Shown: positions 41,296-51,625, counted from the stretch's first letter. The stretch is DNA of 64,000 nucleotides from Gammaproteobacteria bacterium (GCA_965116495.1 OZ220696.1:3968001-4032000); one strand, 5' to 3'. Notes: a model not told the origin generated them from the letters alone. Numbers and translations are program-made.

Positions 41296-42954
41296 ATGAG
41301 TTACCAGGTCCTGGCGCGTAAATGGCGGCCCCGGTTGTTTGCCGACATGGTCGGGCAGGGGCATGTTCTCAAGGTGCTGGTGAATGCGCTGGATTCCGAC
41401 AGGTTACACCATGCATACCTGTTTACGGGAACCCGGGGCGTGGGCAAAACTACCCTGGCCAGGATCCTGGCCAAGTGTCTCAACTGTGAAGCGGGTGTCA
41501 GTTCCGAACCGTGCGCGCAGTGCAGCGCCTGTGTGGGTATCGATGAGGGCCGGTTTGTCGATTTAATAGAAGTCGACGCGGCATCTCGGGCCAAAGTGGA
41601 TGAAACCCGGGACCTGATGGATAACGTGCAGTATGCGCCCACTGCCGGCAGGTACAAGATCTACCTCATTGATGAAGTGCACATGTTCTCCAAGCACAGT
41701 TTCAACGCCTTGTTGAAAACCTTGGAGGAACCGCCTGAGCATGTAAAATTCCTGTTGGCGACGACCGAACCGAAAAAGATACCGATCACCATCCTGTCGC
41801 GCTGTTTGCAGTTCAACCTCAAGCACCTGAGCGCGGGGCAGATAGAAACCCAACTGGACAATATCCTGGAACAGGAGGAGATCGCAACAGGGGCTGACTG
41901 TACCCGCCTGATTGCCGGCGCGGCGGATGGCAGCATGCGTGACGCGCTGAGCCTGCTTGACCAGGCCATATCCTACGGCAACGGCCGCCTTGAGTCCTCC
42001 CAGGTCCGTGACATGCTGGGTACGATTGACGGGGAGGAGCTGAGCGCCTTGCTTACCGATATTATCGAACGGAATGCCGAGTCCATGTTCGCGAGAATCA
42101 ACAATATGGCCGAGCTGGCGCCGGATTATGACGCCATGCTCGCGCAACTGTTGTCCATCCTGCACGATACCGCGGTCGCACAGGTGCTGCCGGACGGCTC
42201 TGACCTGGTTGACGAGACCAGCCGCGCTTTGGCCGGCAGACTCGATAAAGAGGACGTCCAGCTCTACTACCAGCTTGCCCTGAACGGCCGCCGCGACCTG
42301 CACATCGCGCCGGATCCCAAAACGGCGTTTGAAATGACCATGATCCGCTTGCTGGCGTTTTGCCCCTGGGAGCCTGCCGGCACGCAAACGACAGGCAACG
42401 GTGGAGCGGTAACTAAACATGGCCCGTCCGGATCAGGGGGCAAGCAATCGACCGCGGGCTATGACGGCCCGGCAGAAAATAATAGCAAGCCGGACGCGGA
42501 CCGTTCCGGAGCAACGAATACGGTGAATCGTAATCAGGACCAGGTACAGGATACGCCCGCGCTCGCCGGCAACGAGGACTGGCTTAAGCTGATAGATTCG
42601 ATGGCGCTGGATGGACTGACAAAGGAACTGGCCTCCCATTGCACATTGCAGAAATATGAGGGAAACAGGATAAGTTTGAACCTGCAGCCGGAACAGGAAC
42701 ACCTGGCGGCCACGAACCAGCAGGAAAAGCTGCAGGACGCGCTCAGGTCGCGCCTCGGCGCCGAAATCAGGCTTGCTGTGCTGATCGAAGGGTCCGGGGA
42801 TGAAACGCCCGCGCAAAGGAAAGCCCGCAAGGAACTTGAGGCAAAACAGACTGCTCTTGAAGCCGTGGAAAACGACCCTGACGTCAAGTTGCTCAGAGAT
42901 ACCTTTGATGCAACCATCGATAAGGAATCGATCAAATACCTGGGGCCGGAGTAA
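41296..42954 (+). CDS. dnaX: DNA polymerase III subunit gamma/tau
   Basis: MSYQVLARKWRP, GTRGVGKTT, DEVHM, LSRC. Confidence 0.97.
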   Translation: MSYQVLARKWRPRLFADMVGQGHVLKVLVNALDSDRLHHAYLFTGTRGVGKTTLARILAKCLNCEAGVSSEPCAQCSACVGIDEGRFVDLIEVDAASRAKVDETRDLMDNVQYAPTAGRYKIYLIDEVHMFSKHSFNALLKTLEEPPEHVKFLLATTEPKKIPITILSRCLQFNLKHLSAGQIETQLDNILEQEEIATGADCTRLIAGAADGSMRDALSLLDQAISYGNGRLESSQVRDMLGTIDGEELSALLTDIIERNAESMFARINNMAELAPDYDAMLAQLLSILHDTAVAQVLPDGSDLVDETSRALAGRLDKEDVQLYYQLALNGRRDLHIAPDPKTAFEMTMIRLLAFCPWEPAGTQTTGNGGAVTKHGPSGSGGKQSTAGYDGPAENNSKPDADRSGATNTVNRNQDQVQDTPALAGNEDWLKLIDSMALDGLTKELASHCTLQKYEGNRISLNLQPEQEHLAATNQQEKLQDALRSRLGAEIRLAVLIEGSGDETPAQRKARKELEAKQTALEAVENDPDVKLLRDTFDATIDKESIKYLGPE

Positions 42955-42973
42955 TATCATAGAGACAATGAAT

Positions 42974-42998
42974 GGGGACGGATTTCAAATCCGTCCCC
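42974..42998. repeat. GGGGACGGA-family hairpin (copy 1)
   Basis: GGGGACGGATTT-C-AAATCCGTCCCC; a related copy is at 47762-47785. Confidence 0.75.
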
Positions 42999-43026
42999 GC
43001 CATGCTGAGAGAAAGAGGATAAATAA

Positions 43027-43350
43027 ATGAAAGGTGGTTTCGGTGACATCATGCAGCAGGCCCAGAAAATGCAGGAAAACATGCAGCGGGTGCAGGAGGA
43101 AATTGCGGCTACGGAAGTGCAGGGTGAGGCCGGCGCCGGCATGGTCAAGGTCATCATGACCGGGAGGCACGACGTTAAACGGGTTGAAATTGAACCGTCC
43201 CTGCTGAGCGGCGACAAGGAGATGCTGGAAGACCTGATTGCCGCCGCCGTGAATGATGCCAACAGGCGGGTGGAAAAGGCCACCCAGGACAAGATGGCCA
43301 ATGTGGCTTCCGGTCTGGAACTCCCCGCAGGATTGAAACTGCCGTTTTAA
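43027..43350 (+). CDS. ybaB: YbaB/EbfC nucleoid-associated protein
   Basis: [31 protein letters not shown]; between dnaX and recR. Confidence 0.95.
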   Translation: MKGGFGDIMQQAQKMQENMQRVQEEIAATEVQGEAGAGMVKVIMTGRHDVKRVEIEPSLLSGDKEMLEDLIAAAVNDANRRVEKATQDKMANVASGLELPAGLKLPF

Positions 43351-43358
43351 CAACCAGA

Positions 43359-43454
43359 GTAATGGGGTCAGGTCGCACATTGCACACGTAAAAATAATGA
43401 CTGTGAAACTGTGACAAACCTGCGCGTGTGCAATGTGCGACCTGACCCCATTAC
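43359..43454. repeat. REP-doublet (REPIN-like) with perfect 30-bp inverted arms
   Basis: gtaatggggtcaggtcgcacattgcacacg (43359-43388) and its exact reverse complement (43425-43454), 36-bp spacer. Confidence 0.9.
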
Positions 43455-43479
43455 CCGCATTACCCGAAGCCGGTGACAG

Positions 43480-44103
43480 ATGCAAGCTGAACCGCCCAGG
43501 CTGAGCGCGCTGATCCAGGCGCTTTGCTGTCTGCCGGGGATCGGCAAGAAATCGGCCCAGCGTATCAGTTACCATTTGTTGCAACGGGATCGGAACGGGG
43601 CCAGGTCCTTGTCCGCGGCGCTGGCTGAAGCAATGGATAACATAGGCAGTTGTGAGAGGTGCCGCAATTTCAGTGAAACCCCGCTGTGTGATCTTTGTCA
43701 GAGCGATAGACGGGATAGCTCGCTGCTTTGCATCGTGGAAAGTCCGGTGGACGTGTTTGCCATGGAAGAGGCGGGCTATAAGGGAAAATATTTCGTGTTG
43801 ATGGGGCACCTCTCTCCCCTGGACGGCATCGGGCCGCAGGAACTGGGGCTGGACAAACTGGCGGCGTATCTTGCCGGCCCGCCCGGGAGTGAAACGGGAG
43901 GAGAGATCAGGGAGGTGATACTTGCGACCAACTCGACCATGGAAGGGGAAGCGACCGCGCATTTTATCAACAGCATCGTGCAGAGATACTCAATTCGCGT
44001 TACCCGTATCGCCCACGGCGTGCCGCTAGGTGGTGAACTGGAATATATCGACAGTAATACGCTCTCCCATGCCCTGGCCGGCCGGCACGAAATACCCGAA
44101 TGA
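43480..44103 (+). CDS. recR: recombination mediator RecR
   Basis: LPGIGKKSAQR, C4 zinc finger, LSPLDGIGP, GVPLGGELEY. Confidence 0.97.
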   Translation: MQAEPPRLSALIQALCCLPGIGKKSAQRISYHLLQRDRNGARSLSAALAEAMDNIGSCERCRNFSETPLCDLCQSDRRDSSLLCIVESPVDVFAMEEAGYKGKYFVLMGHLSPLDGIGPQELGLDKLAAYLAGPPGSETGGEIREVILATNSTMEGEATAHFINSIVQRYSIRVTRIAHGVPLGGELEYIDSNTLSHALAGRHEIPE

Positions 44104-44139
44104 TCAGGGTAACCGTATTGAAACTGCTTGCCTGATCCC

Positions 44140-45378
44140 TTACCCGGCGGACAAGTGGGCTATTCTTATGGGCGCCGGCGGGTGCGAATCATGAAAAGCT
44201 GAATACAACGGGTCCGGGGTCAGGGTATTGGCATTTTCCTTGTAAAGCTTGACCAGGGCGTTGATCAGGCTGCCGGCCTGCACCTGGGCCTTGGCAAAAT
44301 CGTCGGCTTCAAACTCGTGTTTGCGCGAGAGAGATGAAAACATGGGTTGCAGAAAGAAGGTGAATGCCGGCGCTACCAGTACGAACAGGGTCAGGGCCAT
44401 GTAGGTCGAGGCTGCGCTGACACCCAGGCCTGCGTAGAACCAGGGTACTTCCAGCAAAACGCCTAGTATGGCGAAACCGGTGAGAAAGGTCAGCCCCAGG
44501 ATGGCAAGGCGTTTCTTGATATGGCCGCATTTGAAATGCCCCAGTTCATGGGCCAGGACCGCCTCGATCTCATCGTGGGACAGTTCATCGATCAGGGTGT
44601 CAAAAAATACGATCCGCTTGTTTGCTCCCAGACCGGTGAAGTAGGCGTTCCCATGGGTGGAGCGGGTCGAACCGTCCATGACGAAGATGCCGTTGCTGGT
44701 GAAGCCGTTACGGTCCAGCAAGGCGGCGATACGTTGCGCGAGCTCGGCGTTGCTTAACGGTCTGAACTTGTTGAACAACGGCGCGATCAGGGCGGGATAA
44801 GCCCATACCATGACCAGGTTGAAACCGAACCAGGTCAACCATACGTACAACCACCACCAGGCGCCCGAGTTGTCCATGAACCACAACACCAGCATGATCA
44901 GCGGTGTGCCGATAAGCAGCGCCAGCAGGGTATTTTTCAGCAGGTCGTTGAAAAACAGCTTGAGGGTCATCTTGTTGAATCCGAAGCGCTGTTCCAGCCT
45001 GAATGTGCGATACAGCGACAGGGGCAGGTCCAGCAGGGATGAGATCAATAACACTGCCAGGATGAAGACAGTTCCCGTCCACAAGGTGGATAACTGGTAT
45101 GGACGGACGACGCTGTCAAGTAAATCCAGGCCCCCTCCCAGGGTCCAGATCAGCAACAGCAGCGATGACACGACCAGTTCGAGCAAGCCGGCGCGGGTCT
45201 TGGCGCAAGTGTAATCAGCCGCCTTGCGGTGTGCGTCAAGGGGGATCTTGTCCGCGAACTCATCCGGCACCGCATCCCGTTTGGCCCTGATGTGGCGGAC
45301 ATGACGCACGCTCAGGCGCCATTGAAGTAAAACGCCTGAAATCAATGCTATGATAAACAGGTAGGTAAATGTATTCAT
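44140..45378 (-). CDS. M48 family (Ste24/CAAX) membrane metallopeptidase
   Basis: NAYFTG, HELGH, EFEAD, SHPP; multiple TM segments. Confidence 0.93.
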   Translation of the reverse strand: MNTFTYLFIIALISGVLLQWRLSVRHVRHIRAKRDAVPDEFADKIPLDAHRKAADYTCAKTRAGLLELVVSSLLLLIWTLGGGLDLLDSVVRPYQLSTLWTGTVFILAVLLISSLLDLPLSLYRTFRLEQRFGFNKMTLKLFFNDLLKNTLLALLIGTPLIMLVLWFMDNSGAWWWLYVWLTWFGFNLVMVWAYPALIAPLFNKFRPLSNAELAQRIAALLDRNGFTSNGIFVMDGSTRSTHGNAYFTGLGANKRIVFFDTLIDELSHDEIEAVLAHELGHFKCGHIKKRLAILGLTFLTGFAILGVLLEVPWFYAGLGVSAASTYMALTLFVLVAPAFTFFLQPMFSSLSRKHEFEADDFAKAQVQAGSLINALVKLYKENANTLTPDPLYSAFHDSHPPAPIRIAHLSAG

Positions 45379-45446
45379 GGATCAACTGTCGGTTCCCAAT
45401 ACGATTAAGGTAGTATCAACTAAAAACAAATATCGAACAACCCTGA

Positions 45447-45505
45447 ACAAATTTGGGACACCCGTAAATTTGCAACAATCACAAATTTGGGACACCCATA
45501 AATTC
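45447..45505. repeat. tandem direct repeat, 34-bp period, in the divergent M48/orn intergenic region
   Basis: acaaatttgggacacccgtaaattt / acaaatttgggacacccataaattc. Confidence 0.75.
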
Positions 45506-45516
45506 GTAACTCTAAG

Positions 45517-46059
45517 ATGCCTTCGCTGGATACCAACCTGATATGGATCGACCTGGAAATGACCGGATTGCTCCCGGAGCAGGATTACATCATAGAGATT
45601 GCAACCGTGATCACCGATGCCCAGTTGAACCTGCTGGCGGAAGGTCCGGTGATGGCCCTGAACCAGCCTGAATCGGTCCTGTCCCGCATGGATGACTGGA
45701 ACATGAACCAGCATACCCGCTCAGGCTTGTTGCAGCGGGTGCGCAGCAGTGAATATTCCGAGTCGGATGGCGAGAAACTCACCCTGGAATTTTTGCGTAA
45801 ATACGTAGCGGCCGGGGTCTCCCCCATGTGCGGCAACAGTATCTGCCAGGACCGCCGTTTCCTCGTCCGGCACATGCCCGGGCTTGAGAAATATTTTCAC
45901 TATCGTAATCTGGACGTGAGCACAGTGAAGGAACTGGTCAAGCGCTGGACCAACAACCAGGAGCCGTTTGACAAGGAATCGACCCATCTTGCCCTGAACG
46001 ACATCCGCGATTCCATCGAAGAATTACGCCATTACCGGAAACTGTATTTCAACTGTTAA
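45517..46059 (+). CDS. orn: oligoribonuclease
   Basis: [40 protein letters not shown]. Confidence 0.97.
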   Translation: MPSLDTNLIWIDLEMTGLLPEQDYIIEIATVITDAQLNLLAEGPVMALNQPESVLSRMDDWNMNQHTRSGLLQRVRSSEYSESDGEKLTLEFLRKYVAAGVSPMCGNSICQDRRFLVRHMPGLEKYFHYRNLDVSTVKELVKRWTNNQEPFDKESTHLALNDIRDSIEELRHYRKLYFNC

Positions 46060-46065
46060 GGGAAA

Positions 46066-47649
46066 ATGCCTGATTACGACGTCATCATTGCCGGCGGCGG
46101 CCATAACGCACTGATCTGTGCTGCGCTCCTGGTCAGAAACGGCCTGAAAGTCCTGGTGGCCGAGCGCAATGACTGGGTGGGCGGCGGTGTGGTTACCCGG
46201 GAAGTTACCCTGCCCGGTTATAAACATGACATGTTCGGTTCTTCCCACGTCTGGATCCACCTGAACCCCGATTTCAAGACCCTGCAGCCCGAACTGGAAC
46301 AATACGGCCTGAAATACATCTGGTCCGAAGACCACATTACCGGCCACCCGAACAAGTACGAGGGGCAGGGTATCATCGTTTACAAGGACGTGGACAAGAC
46401 CTGTGACACGATAGCGGAATACTCCCGCCGGGACGCCAGGCGCTACCGGGAAATCTACGAGGAATTCGGCGAGATCCGGGAGGGTGTGATCAAGGGCATG
46501 TTCTCTCCCCCGGCGCCGCCCAGTTACCTGTACCAGGCCATGGAAAACAGCCCCGAAGGGTTAAAGCGTTTACGTGACTACCAGTTGAGTTCGCGCCAGT
46601 TCACCCTGGAGAATTTCGAGAACGATCATGTGCGCGCCTTTATCCTGGGTTGGGCGATGGCGCCACAGACGCTGCCGGACCAGTTGGGCACGGCAGCCGG
46701 CTTCTACGTCATGATCCCCAGTATCCATTACTACGGGCAGGCCATACCGGAAGGCGGCAGCGGTATGCTGGCGGTGGCCCTGCAGCAATATATCGAGGCC
46801 AACGGCGGCGTGGTGCTGACCGGCGCGACGGTCAGAAAGTTTATCGTCGAAAACGATGAGTGTATCGGCATTCGCCTGGAGGACGGTTCTGAAATCAGCG
46901 CCGGACAGGCGGTTGTCTCGGAACTGGACCCCTACCAGACCTACCTGCACGGTTTCGATGAGGGCGTGCTCACACAGGAGTTTCTTGACCTGGTGCGAAA
47001 TTTCCGCTTCGGTGACGTGACCATCGCCCGCGTCCATTACGCGCTGAACGAAGCGCCTAAATTCAGGAACGGGACGGACATGGACAGGACGGCCTTCCAG
47101 CGCATCTTCGGCACGGTGGCGGATATCGATAAACAATACAACGAGATGGCCGCGGGGCTGGCCCCGACCGATCCGTTTTTATGGACTGCCGCCTGGACCA
47201 CCATGGACCCCAGCCGGGCGCCGGCGGGCAAGCATACGCTGATCATGGATACCTTTGTGCCGGTAGACCTGGCATCCGGCCAGGACTGGGAACAGATCGG
47301 CCCCGCGTATGTACGCAATACCTTACTGGAGCAATTGCGCAATTACACGGTCAACATGGATGATGACAATATACTGGCTGAATACGTGGAAACAGGACCA
47401 AGCCTGGCCAGGGCAAACCTGTGCTTTTACCGGGGCGTCACCACCGGCGGCGAACGCACCCTGTCCCAGATGGGGGCGTTCCGGCCGTTTCCGAATTATG
47501 CCGACTATCGGGGTCCCATCAAGAAATTCTATATGACCGGGCCGTCCTGTCACCCCGGCGGGGGTATCTGCGGTATGGGTTCCATCGCGGCTAACGAAAT
47601 TCTCCTGGACCTGGGGTTGAAGCAGGAAGATGATGATTTTGATTTTTGA
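46066..47649 (+). CDS. phytoene-dehydrogenase-like FAD oxidoreductase (PYROXD2/COG1233)
   Basis: GGGHNAL, ER...GG, PEGGSG, HPGGGICG. Confidence 0.88.
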   Translation: MPDYDVIIAGGGHNALICAALLVRNGLKVLVAERNDWVGGGVVTREVTLPGYKHDMFGSSHVWIHLNPDFKTLQPELEQYGLKYIWSEDHITGHPNKYEGQGIIVYKDVDKTCDTIAEYSRRDARRYREIYEEFGEIREGVIKGMFSPPAPPSYLYQAMENSPEGLKRLRDYQLSSRQFTLENFENDHVRAFILGWAMAPQTLPDQLGTAAGFYVMIPSIHYYGQAIPEGGSGMLAVALQQYIEANGGVVLTGATVRKFIVENDECIGIRLEDGSEISAGQAVVSELDPYQTYLHGFDEGVLTQEFLDLVRNFRFGDVTIARVHYALNEAPKFRNGTDMDRTAFQRIFGTVADIDKQYNEMAAGLAPTDPFLWTAAWTTMDPSRAPAGKHTLIMDTFVPVDLASGQDWEQIGPAYVRNTLLEQLRNYTVNMDDDNILAEYVETGPSLARANLCFYRGVTTGGERTLSQMGAFRPFPNYADYRGPIKKFYMTGPSCHPGGGICGMGSIAANEILLDLGLKQEDDDFDF

Positions 47650-47667
47650 TTTTGTAGATAGAGCGTG

Positions 47668-47725
47668 CACAGAGGAAAACAAATTTGGACAGCGAAAAGT
47701 CTGTCCAGATTTGTTTTCCTCTGTG
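47668..47725. repeat. 25-bp inverted repeat hairpin
   Basis: cacagaggaaaacaaatttggacag / ctgtccagatttgttttcctctgtg, one mismatch. Confidence 0.85.
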
Positions 47726-47761
47726 TCTGGTGGATGTAACATTAATCGGGACGAGAGGGCT

Positions 47762-47785
47762 GGGGACGGAATTAATTCCGTCCCC
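47762..47785. repeat. GGGGACGGA-family hairpin (copy 2)
   Basis: perfect palindrome GGGGACGGAATT-AATTCCGTCCCC. Confidence 0.75.
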
Positions 47786-47812
47786 TGATAAACAAACAAC
47801 AAGGTATTAAAC

Positions 47813-48973
47813 ATGTCTGAAAAAGCTGAGCGTATCGCGCCTTACACGGCGCTGGTGGTGCAACCGGAGGTAACGGTTGTAAAGAAACGGGAAGATATCA
47901 GGAAAAACCTGGACCGGGTGTGCAACCTGATCCACTTCGGCGTGGGTTATTTCTGGGAACAGCCGGTGCGCCTGGTGGTGTTACCGGAATATTTCATGCA
48001 GGGTGTCGGCACGCCGGGCAAGGGTGAAAGCCGCATCAAGGACCAGATGGACAAGGTGGTGACCATTCCGGGACCTGAATCGGAACAACTGGGTGAAATA
48101 GCCCGGCAGTATGGATTGTATATCGTCGCCGGCGGCGTCTGCGAGGAATTGCCTGAGTTTCCGGACCGCTGGTTCAACAGCAATTTTATCGTCGGGCCGG
48201 AAGGCGACATCGTACTGAAATACCACAAGTGGCATATCCCCGCGTACATCGGCCTCGGCACCAGCCCCCATGACCTGTTTACCGAGTACTGCGAAAAAAT
48301 CGGCGGCGATATCAAGGACCTGTTCCCCGTGGTCGATACCCCCATCGGCAAGCTCGGCACCATGACCTGCCATGACGGCTGTACCCCGGAGGTCTCCCGC
48401 GCCCTGGGCTATAACGGGGTGGAGATCATCTGCCATCCCGGCGCCATCCAGGAGGTGGAAGGCGTGTCCGAACCCTGGGATTTCTGGATGTTCACCCGGC
48501 GCGCCCGGGCCCACGATAATATGTGTTACCTGCTGGGTTCCAACTGGGGCAAGGTCAATTACGAGTATTACCCCAAGGCCTTTTGCCCGGGTAATTCATT
48601 TGCCATTGATTATACCGGTATGGTCCTGCGCCATGTGCCTTACCCTGAGGAACAAGTGCTGGCGGTTTCCATCGACATCGAGGCATTGCGGCATCACCGG
48701 ACAAAGACCATCCACAACTGCTGGGTGGACCTGCGTACCGAGGGATTTCGCCAGATCTACGATAATCCCATCTACCCGCCCAACCGCTTCCCCCCCGGCA
48801 AGGCCCCGCGCAGTCTGTCGGAAAAGGTGTCAATCTGCAAGGAGGTATTTGACGACCTGTACGGGCGCGGCCAGTTCACGCCGCCGGCGGGGTATGCGCC
48901 CGAAGACATTTCCCAATTGCTGGAAGACAGGATCGCCTACGCCCAGGAAACAGGGCGCCTGAAGAAGAGTTAA
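47813..48973 (+). CDS. nitrilase-superfamily carbon-nitrogen hydrolase
   Basis: Glu-Lys-Cys triad motifs LPEYF, KYHK, MTCHDG; RARAHDN. Confidence 0.88.
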   Translation: MSEKAERIAPYTALVVQPEVTVVKKREDIRKNLDRVCNLIHFGVGYFWEQPVRLVVLPEYFMQGVGTPGKGESRIKDQMDKVVTIPGPESEQLGEIARQYGLYIVAGGVCEELPEFPDRWFNSNFIVGPEGDIVLKYHKWHIPAYIGLGTSPHDLFTEYCEKIGGDIKDLFPVVDTPIGKLGTMTCHDGCTPEVSRALGYNGVEIICHPGAIQEVEGVSEPWDFWMFTRRARAHDNMCYLLGSNWGKVNYEYYPKAFCPGNSFAIDYTGMVLRHVPYPEEQVLAVSIDIEALRHHRTKTIHNCWVDLRTEGFRQIYDNPIYPPNRFPPGKAPRSLSEKVSICKEVFDDLYGRGQFTPPAGYAPEDISQLLEDRIAYAQETGRLKKS

Positions 48974-48977
48974 TCCG

Positions 48978-49220
48978 ATGAGAGTACGCAGCAAACTGGC
49001 GGACGTCGAATTTCAGTTCGGCGAGTTCGAATACAGGAAAGATCACCTGGTCATCCACAGCGCAGCGGAGCAGGCCATGCAGACCCGGGTCTACGTCAGC
49101 CCCGATGATATCGTCAATGCCTTGAAGAAAGCCCTGTCCAATCCGCGGGTGTGGCTATACTTTGCCGGGTTCCCGTTTTTCCTGGCCAGGTACCGGCGTA
49201 GGAAGAAAATTAGGAATTAG
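48978..49220 (+). CDS. small hypothetical protein with a C-terminal hydrophobic/basic tail
   Basis: 80 aa, 4 bp after the nitrilase stop; codon style like its neighbours. Confidence 0.6.
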   Translation: MRVRSKLADVEFQFGEFEYRKDHLVIHSAAEQAMQTRVYVSPDDIVNALKKALSNPRVWLYFAGFPFFLARYRRRKKIRN

Positions 49221-49249
49221 GAATTAGGAATTACGAATTAGGAATTGGA
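49208..49249. repeat. heptamer tandem repeat (AATTAGG) x about 6, followed by a G8 run
   Basis: aattagg aattagg aattagg aattacg aattagg aattgga. Confidence 0.9.
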
Positions 49250-49283
49250 AGGGGGGGGTGGAATATTTCTATAATAGAATTCA

Positions 49284-49325
49284 GGGGTCAGAGTAAAAAT
49301 TCTTCGAATTTCTTACTCTGAGCCC
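49284..49325. repeat. GGGGTCAGAGTAA-family element (copy 2, opposite internal orientation)
   Basis: ggggtcagagtaaaaattcttcgaatttcttactctgagccc; its reverse complement differs from the 51626 copy at two positions. Confidence 0.88.
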
Positions 49326-49361
49326 GCACCCCATCGATACAAGAGGACAGCCTGTTCACCC

Positions 49362-51566
49362 ATGATCGATAAACGCTGGAACCTGCCTGGCGGCGTTCGG
49401 CCGGCGTTAATCATTGCCGGACTCATGGCGGAATTTGCCTTGCCCGTCTTTCCCGCGTCCGCGCAAACACAAGCGTCAAGCATGGAAGAGATCGTCGTGA
49501 GCGCGCGCAAACGCGAGGAATCCCTGCACGAGGTTCCGAATGCGATCACCGTACTACAGGAACAGGACCTGCGTCAGCGCGGGATCACCGAGCTTAACCA
49601 GGTCGAGAAATTCGCGCCCAACGTGGTTCAGACAAACTTCGGCCAGGGCAACACGGGGCACGCGGCCATATTCATGCGCGGCGCCGGGTTGCAGGACCAC
49701 ATCATCACTACGGATCCGTCCGTGGGCATCTACCTGGACGGGGTGTACCTGGGGCGCAACATGGGCGCCAACATGGACCTGATGAATATTGAACGGGTCG
49801 AGGTGGCGCGCGGCCCCCAGGGCAGCCTGTCAGGCCGCAATACCCTGGGCGGCGCCCTGCACATCGTCACCAGGGAGCCTGCAGGAGACAATAGCGCACG
49901 CCTCGATATCAAAGCCGGCAGTCTCGGGCGCATTGACGGACACCTGTTTGCTGATGTGGCGTTGGCCGAGACGCTCTCCGTCGCGGTCTCGGCCGGCGCC
50001 AAGTCCCGTAACGGAACGGGCAAAGCTTTATTGATTGAAGACCCCGACGCGGATATCGGTGAAATCTTGCGCGGCTTCGGTCGCGTCGCGCTGCTCTGGG
50101 AGGCGTCTGATACGCTGAGTTTCCTGGCAACGGCTGATCTTGCCCGTTCAGACCAGGGGGTGGCGCCGCATGCAGTCGAAGTTTTCAACGTCCCCAACGG
50201 CTTCGGACTCCGCCCTGAAGATCAGCCGGCGGACCCTGATGATACCTTTTCCGTAAACGACGATTTGACCGCTACGGAAGACCGGACCCTGGGGGTCTCG
50301 CTGACCGCCGACTGGAACATTTCGGACCGGCTGGATCTCAGGGCGATCCTCAGCTATCGCGATATGTGGTATGAGGGGGGGCTGGACAATGAGAAGGTTA
50401 GAGCGACCTTGATCGAGTTTCCCGAACGCGGCGAAGCTGACCAAGCAACGGTAGAGATACAGTTGCGCGGCAGCGCCGGTTGGGGCGACTGGATTGCCGG
50501 TTTCTACGCCTTTGACGAAGACGGGTACAACGACAGTCCGTTTGTATTCCGCGCCGGCGGGCTGGCGGACGGCCGACCGGAAGTGATACCGACCCGCGAT
50601 TTTGACGGGAGGCTCTACCTGGAGCAGGAGACCAGCAGCAGGGCCGGTTTCGGCCACGCCAATATCGATCTCGACGAGCGCTGGGTCCTGGGCCTGGGCG
50701 CCCGTTACACCCACGATAAGAAAGACGCCCTGGCATCCCTGCATTACTTTCCGGCGCCGGCGCAGCGCGGGGACGACTGGGATGAATTCAGCGGCGATGC
50801 AACGCTTTCGTACCGCATTGCCGAGAACCTCAACACCTATATCAGCTACGCGCGCGGGTACCAGGCCGGCGGCTACCCGCCCCGCCCCTTCGCCGGCGCG
50901 GCCACGTTTGTCGCCTTCGACCCCACCTTTGCCGACTCGTTTGAACTCGGCGCAAAAGGCGCCTGGGGCAGCCGCCTGTGGCTGCACGCCGCCCTGTTCC
51001 ACGTCCGCTACCGGGACCTGGCGGTGCAGAGCAATGAATTGATCGACGATGGCTTTCTCACCCTGACCCAGAACGCCGCCGAATCCGAAGCCACGGGCTT
51101 GGAACTGGAAGGCCGCTTGCAGCTTGCAGGCGCTTTTGACATCCACTTCACCCTGGGCTATATCGATGTCGAGATATCCGAAGTGGACGAGGGAGTGCAA
51201 GGCATCGGCAAGGGCGACAGGCCGGCGCTGACGCCTGAATTGACCGTTTCATTGTCGCCCCGCTACGCCCACGACCTGCCCGGCGGCGCTACACTGGAGT
51301 CGCGCCTGGACTACTACCACCGGGGCGGGATGTTCGGCCAACCGGTCAATACGCCGCTCAACAAAATCGAGGCGGTTGACCGGCTCAACGCCTCCCTGAC
51401 CTGGACCAGCCCGAAGCGCGCCTGGAGCATCTCCCTGTACGGCGACAATCTCACCAACGAAGTCTATCCCCTGGCCAAACTGGACATCGACCCCACGACC
51501 CTGATCATCAACAGCAATGATCGAAGGGAATACGGGATACGCATCAGCCGGCGTTTCGGGAGTTGA
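49362..51566 (+). CDS. TonB-dependent receptor
   Basis: MEEIVVSARKR, RVEVARGPQGSLSGRNTLGG, ARGYQAGGY. Confidence 0.93.
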   Translation: MIDKRWNLPGGVRPALIIAGLMAEFALPVFPASAQTQASSMEEIVVSARKREESLHEVPNAITVLQEQDLRQRGITELNQVEKFAPNVVQTNFGQGNTGHAAIFMRGAGLQDHIITTDPSVGIYLDGVYLGRNMGANMDLMNIERVEVARGPQGSLSGRNTLGGALHIVTREPAGDNSARLDIKAGSLGRIDGHLFADVALAETLSVAVSAGAKSRNGTGKALLIEDPDADIGEILRGFGRVALLWEASDTLSFLATADLARSDQGVAPHAVEVFNVPNGFGLRPEDQPADPDDTFSVNDDLTATEDRTLGVSLTADWNISDRLDLRAILSYRDMWYEGGLDNEKVRATLIEFPERGEADQATVEIQLRGSAGWGDWIAGFYAFDEDGYNDSPFVFRAGGLADGRPEVIPTRDFDGRLYLEQETSSRAGFGHANIDLDERWVLGLGARYTHDKKDALASLHYFPAPAQRGDDWDEFSGDATLSYRIAENLNTYISYARGYQAGGYPPRPFAGAATFVAFDPTFADSFELGAKGAWGSRLWLHAALFHVRYRDLAVQSNELIDDGFLTLTQNAAESEATGLELEGRLQLAGAFDIHFTLGYIDVEISEVDEGVQGIGKGDRPALTPELTVSLSPRYAHDLPGGATLESRLDYYHRGGMFGQPVNTPLNKIEAVDRLNASLTWTSPKRAWSISLYGDNLTNEVYPLAKLDIDPTTLIINSNDRREYGIRISRRFGS

Positions 51567-51625
51567 TAACAGTGGAAAAACCGCTATAGTTGAACCTGAA
51601 AAAAGCCATGACTTTGATAAATTCA

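Noticed and set aside
41296-42954. Programmed -1 frameshift in dnaX
   Set aside because: No A-AAA-AAG slippery site or long A run seen at the expected position
45447-45505. Mini CRISPR array
   Set aside because: Only two repeats, a spacer of about 9 bp, and no cas genes
46066-47649. Carotenoid biosynthesis (crtI)
   Set aside because: No crtB/crtE nearby; the context is catabolic
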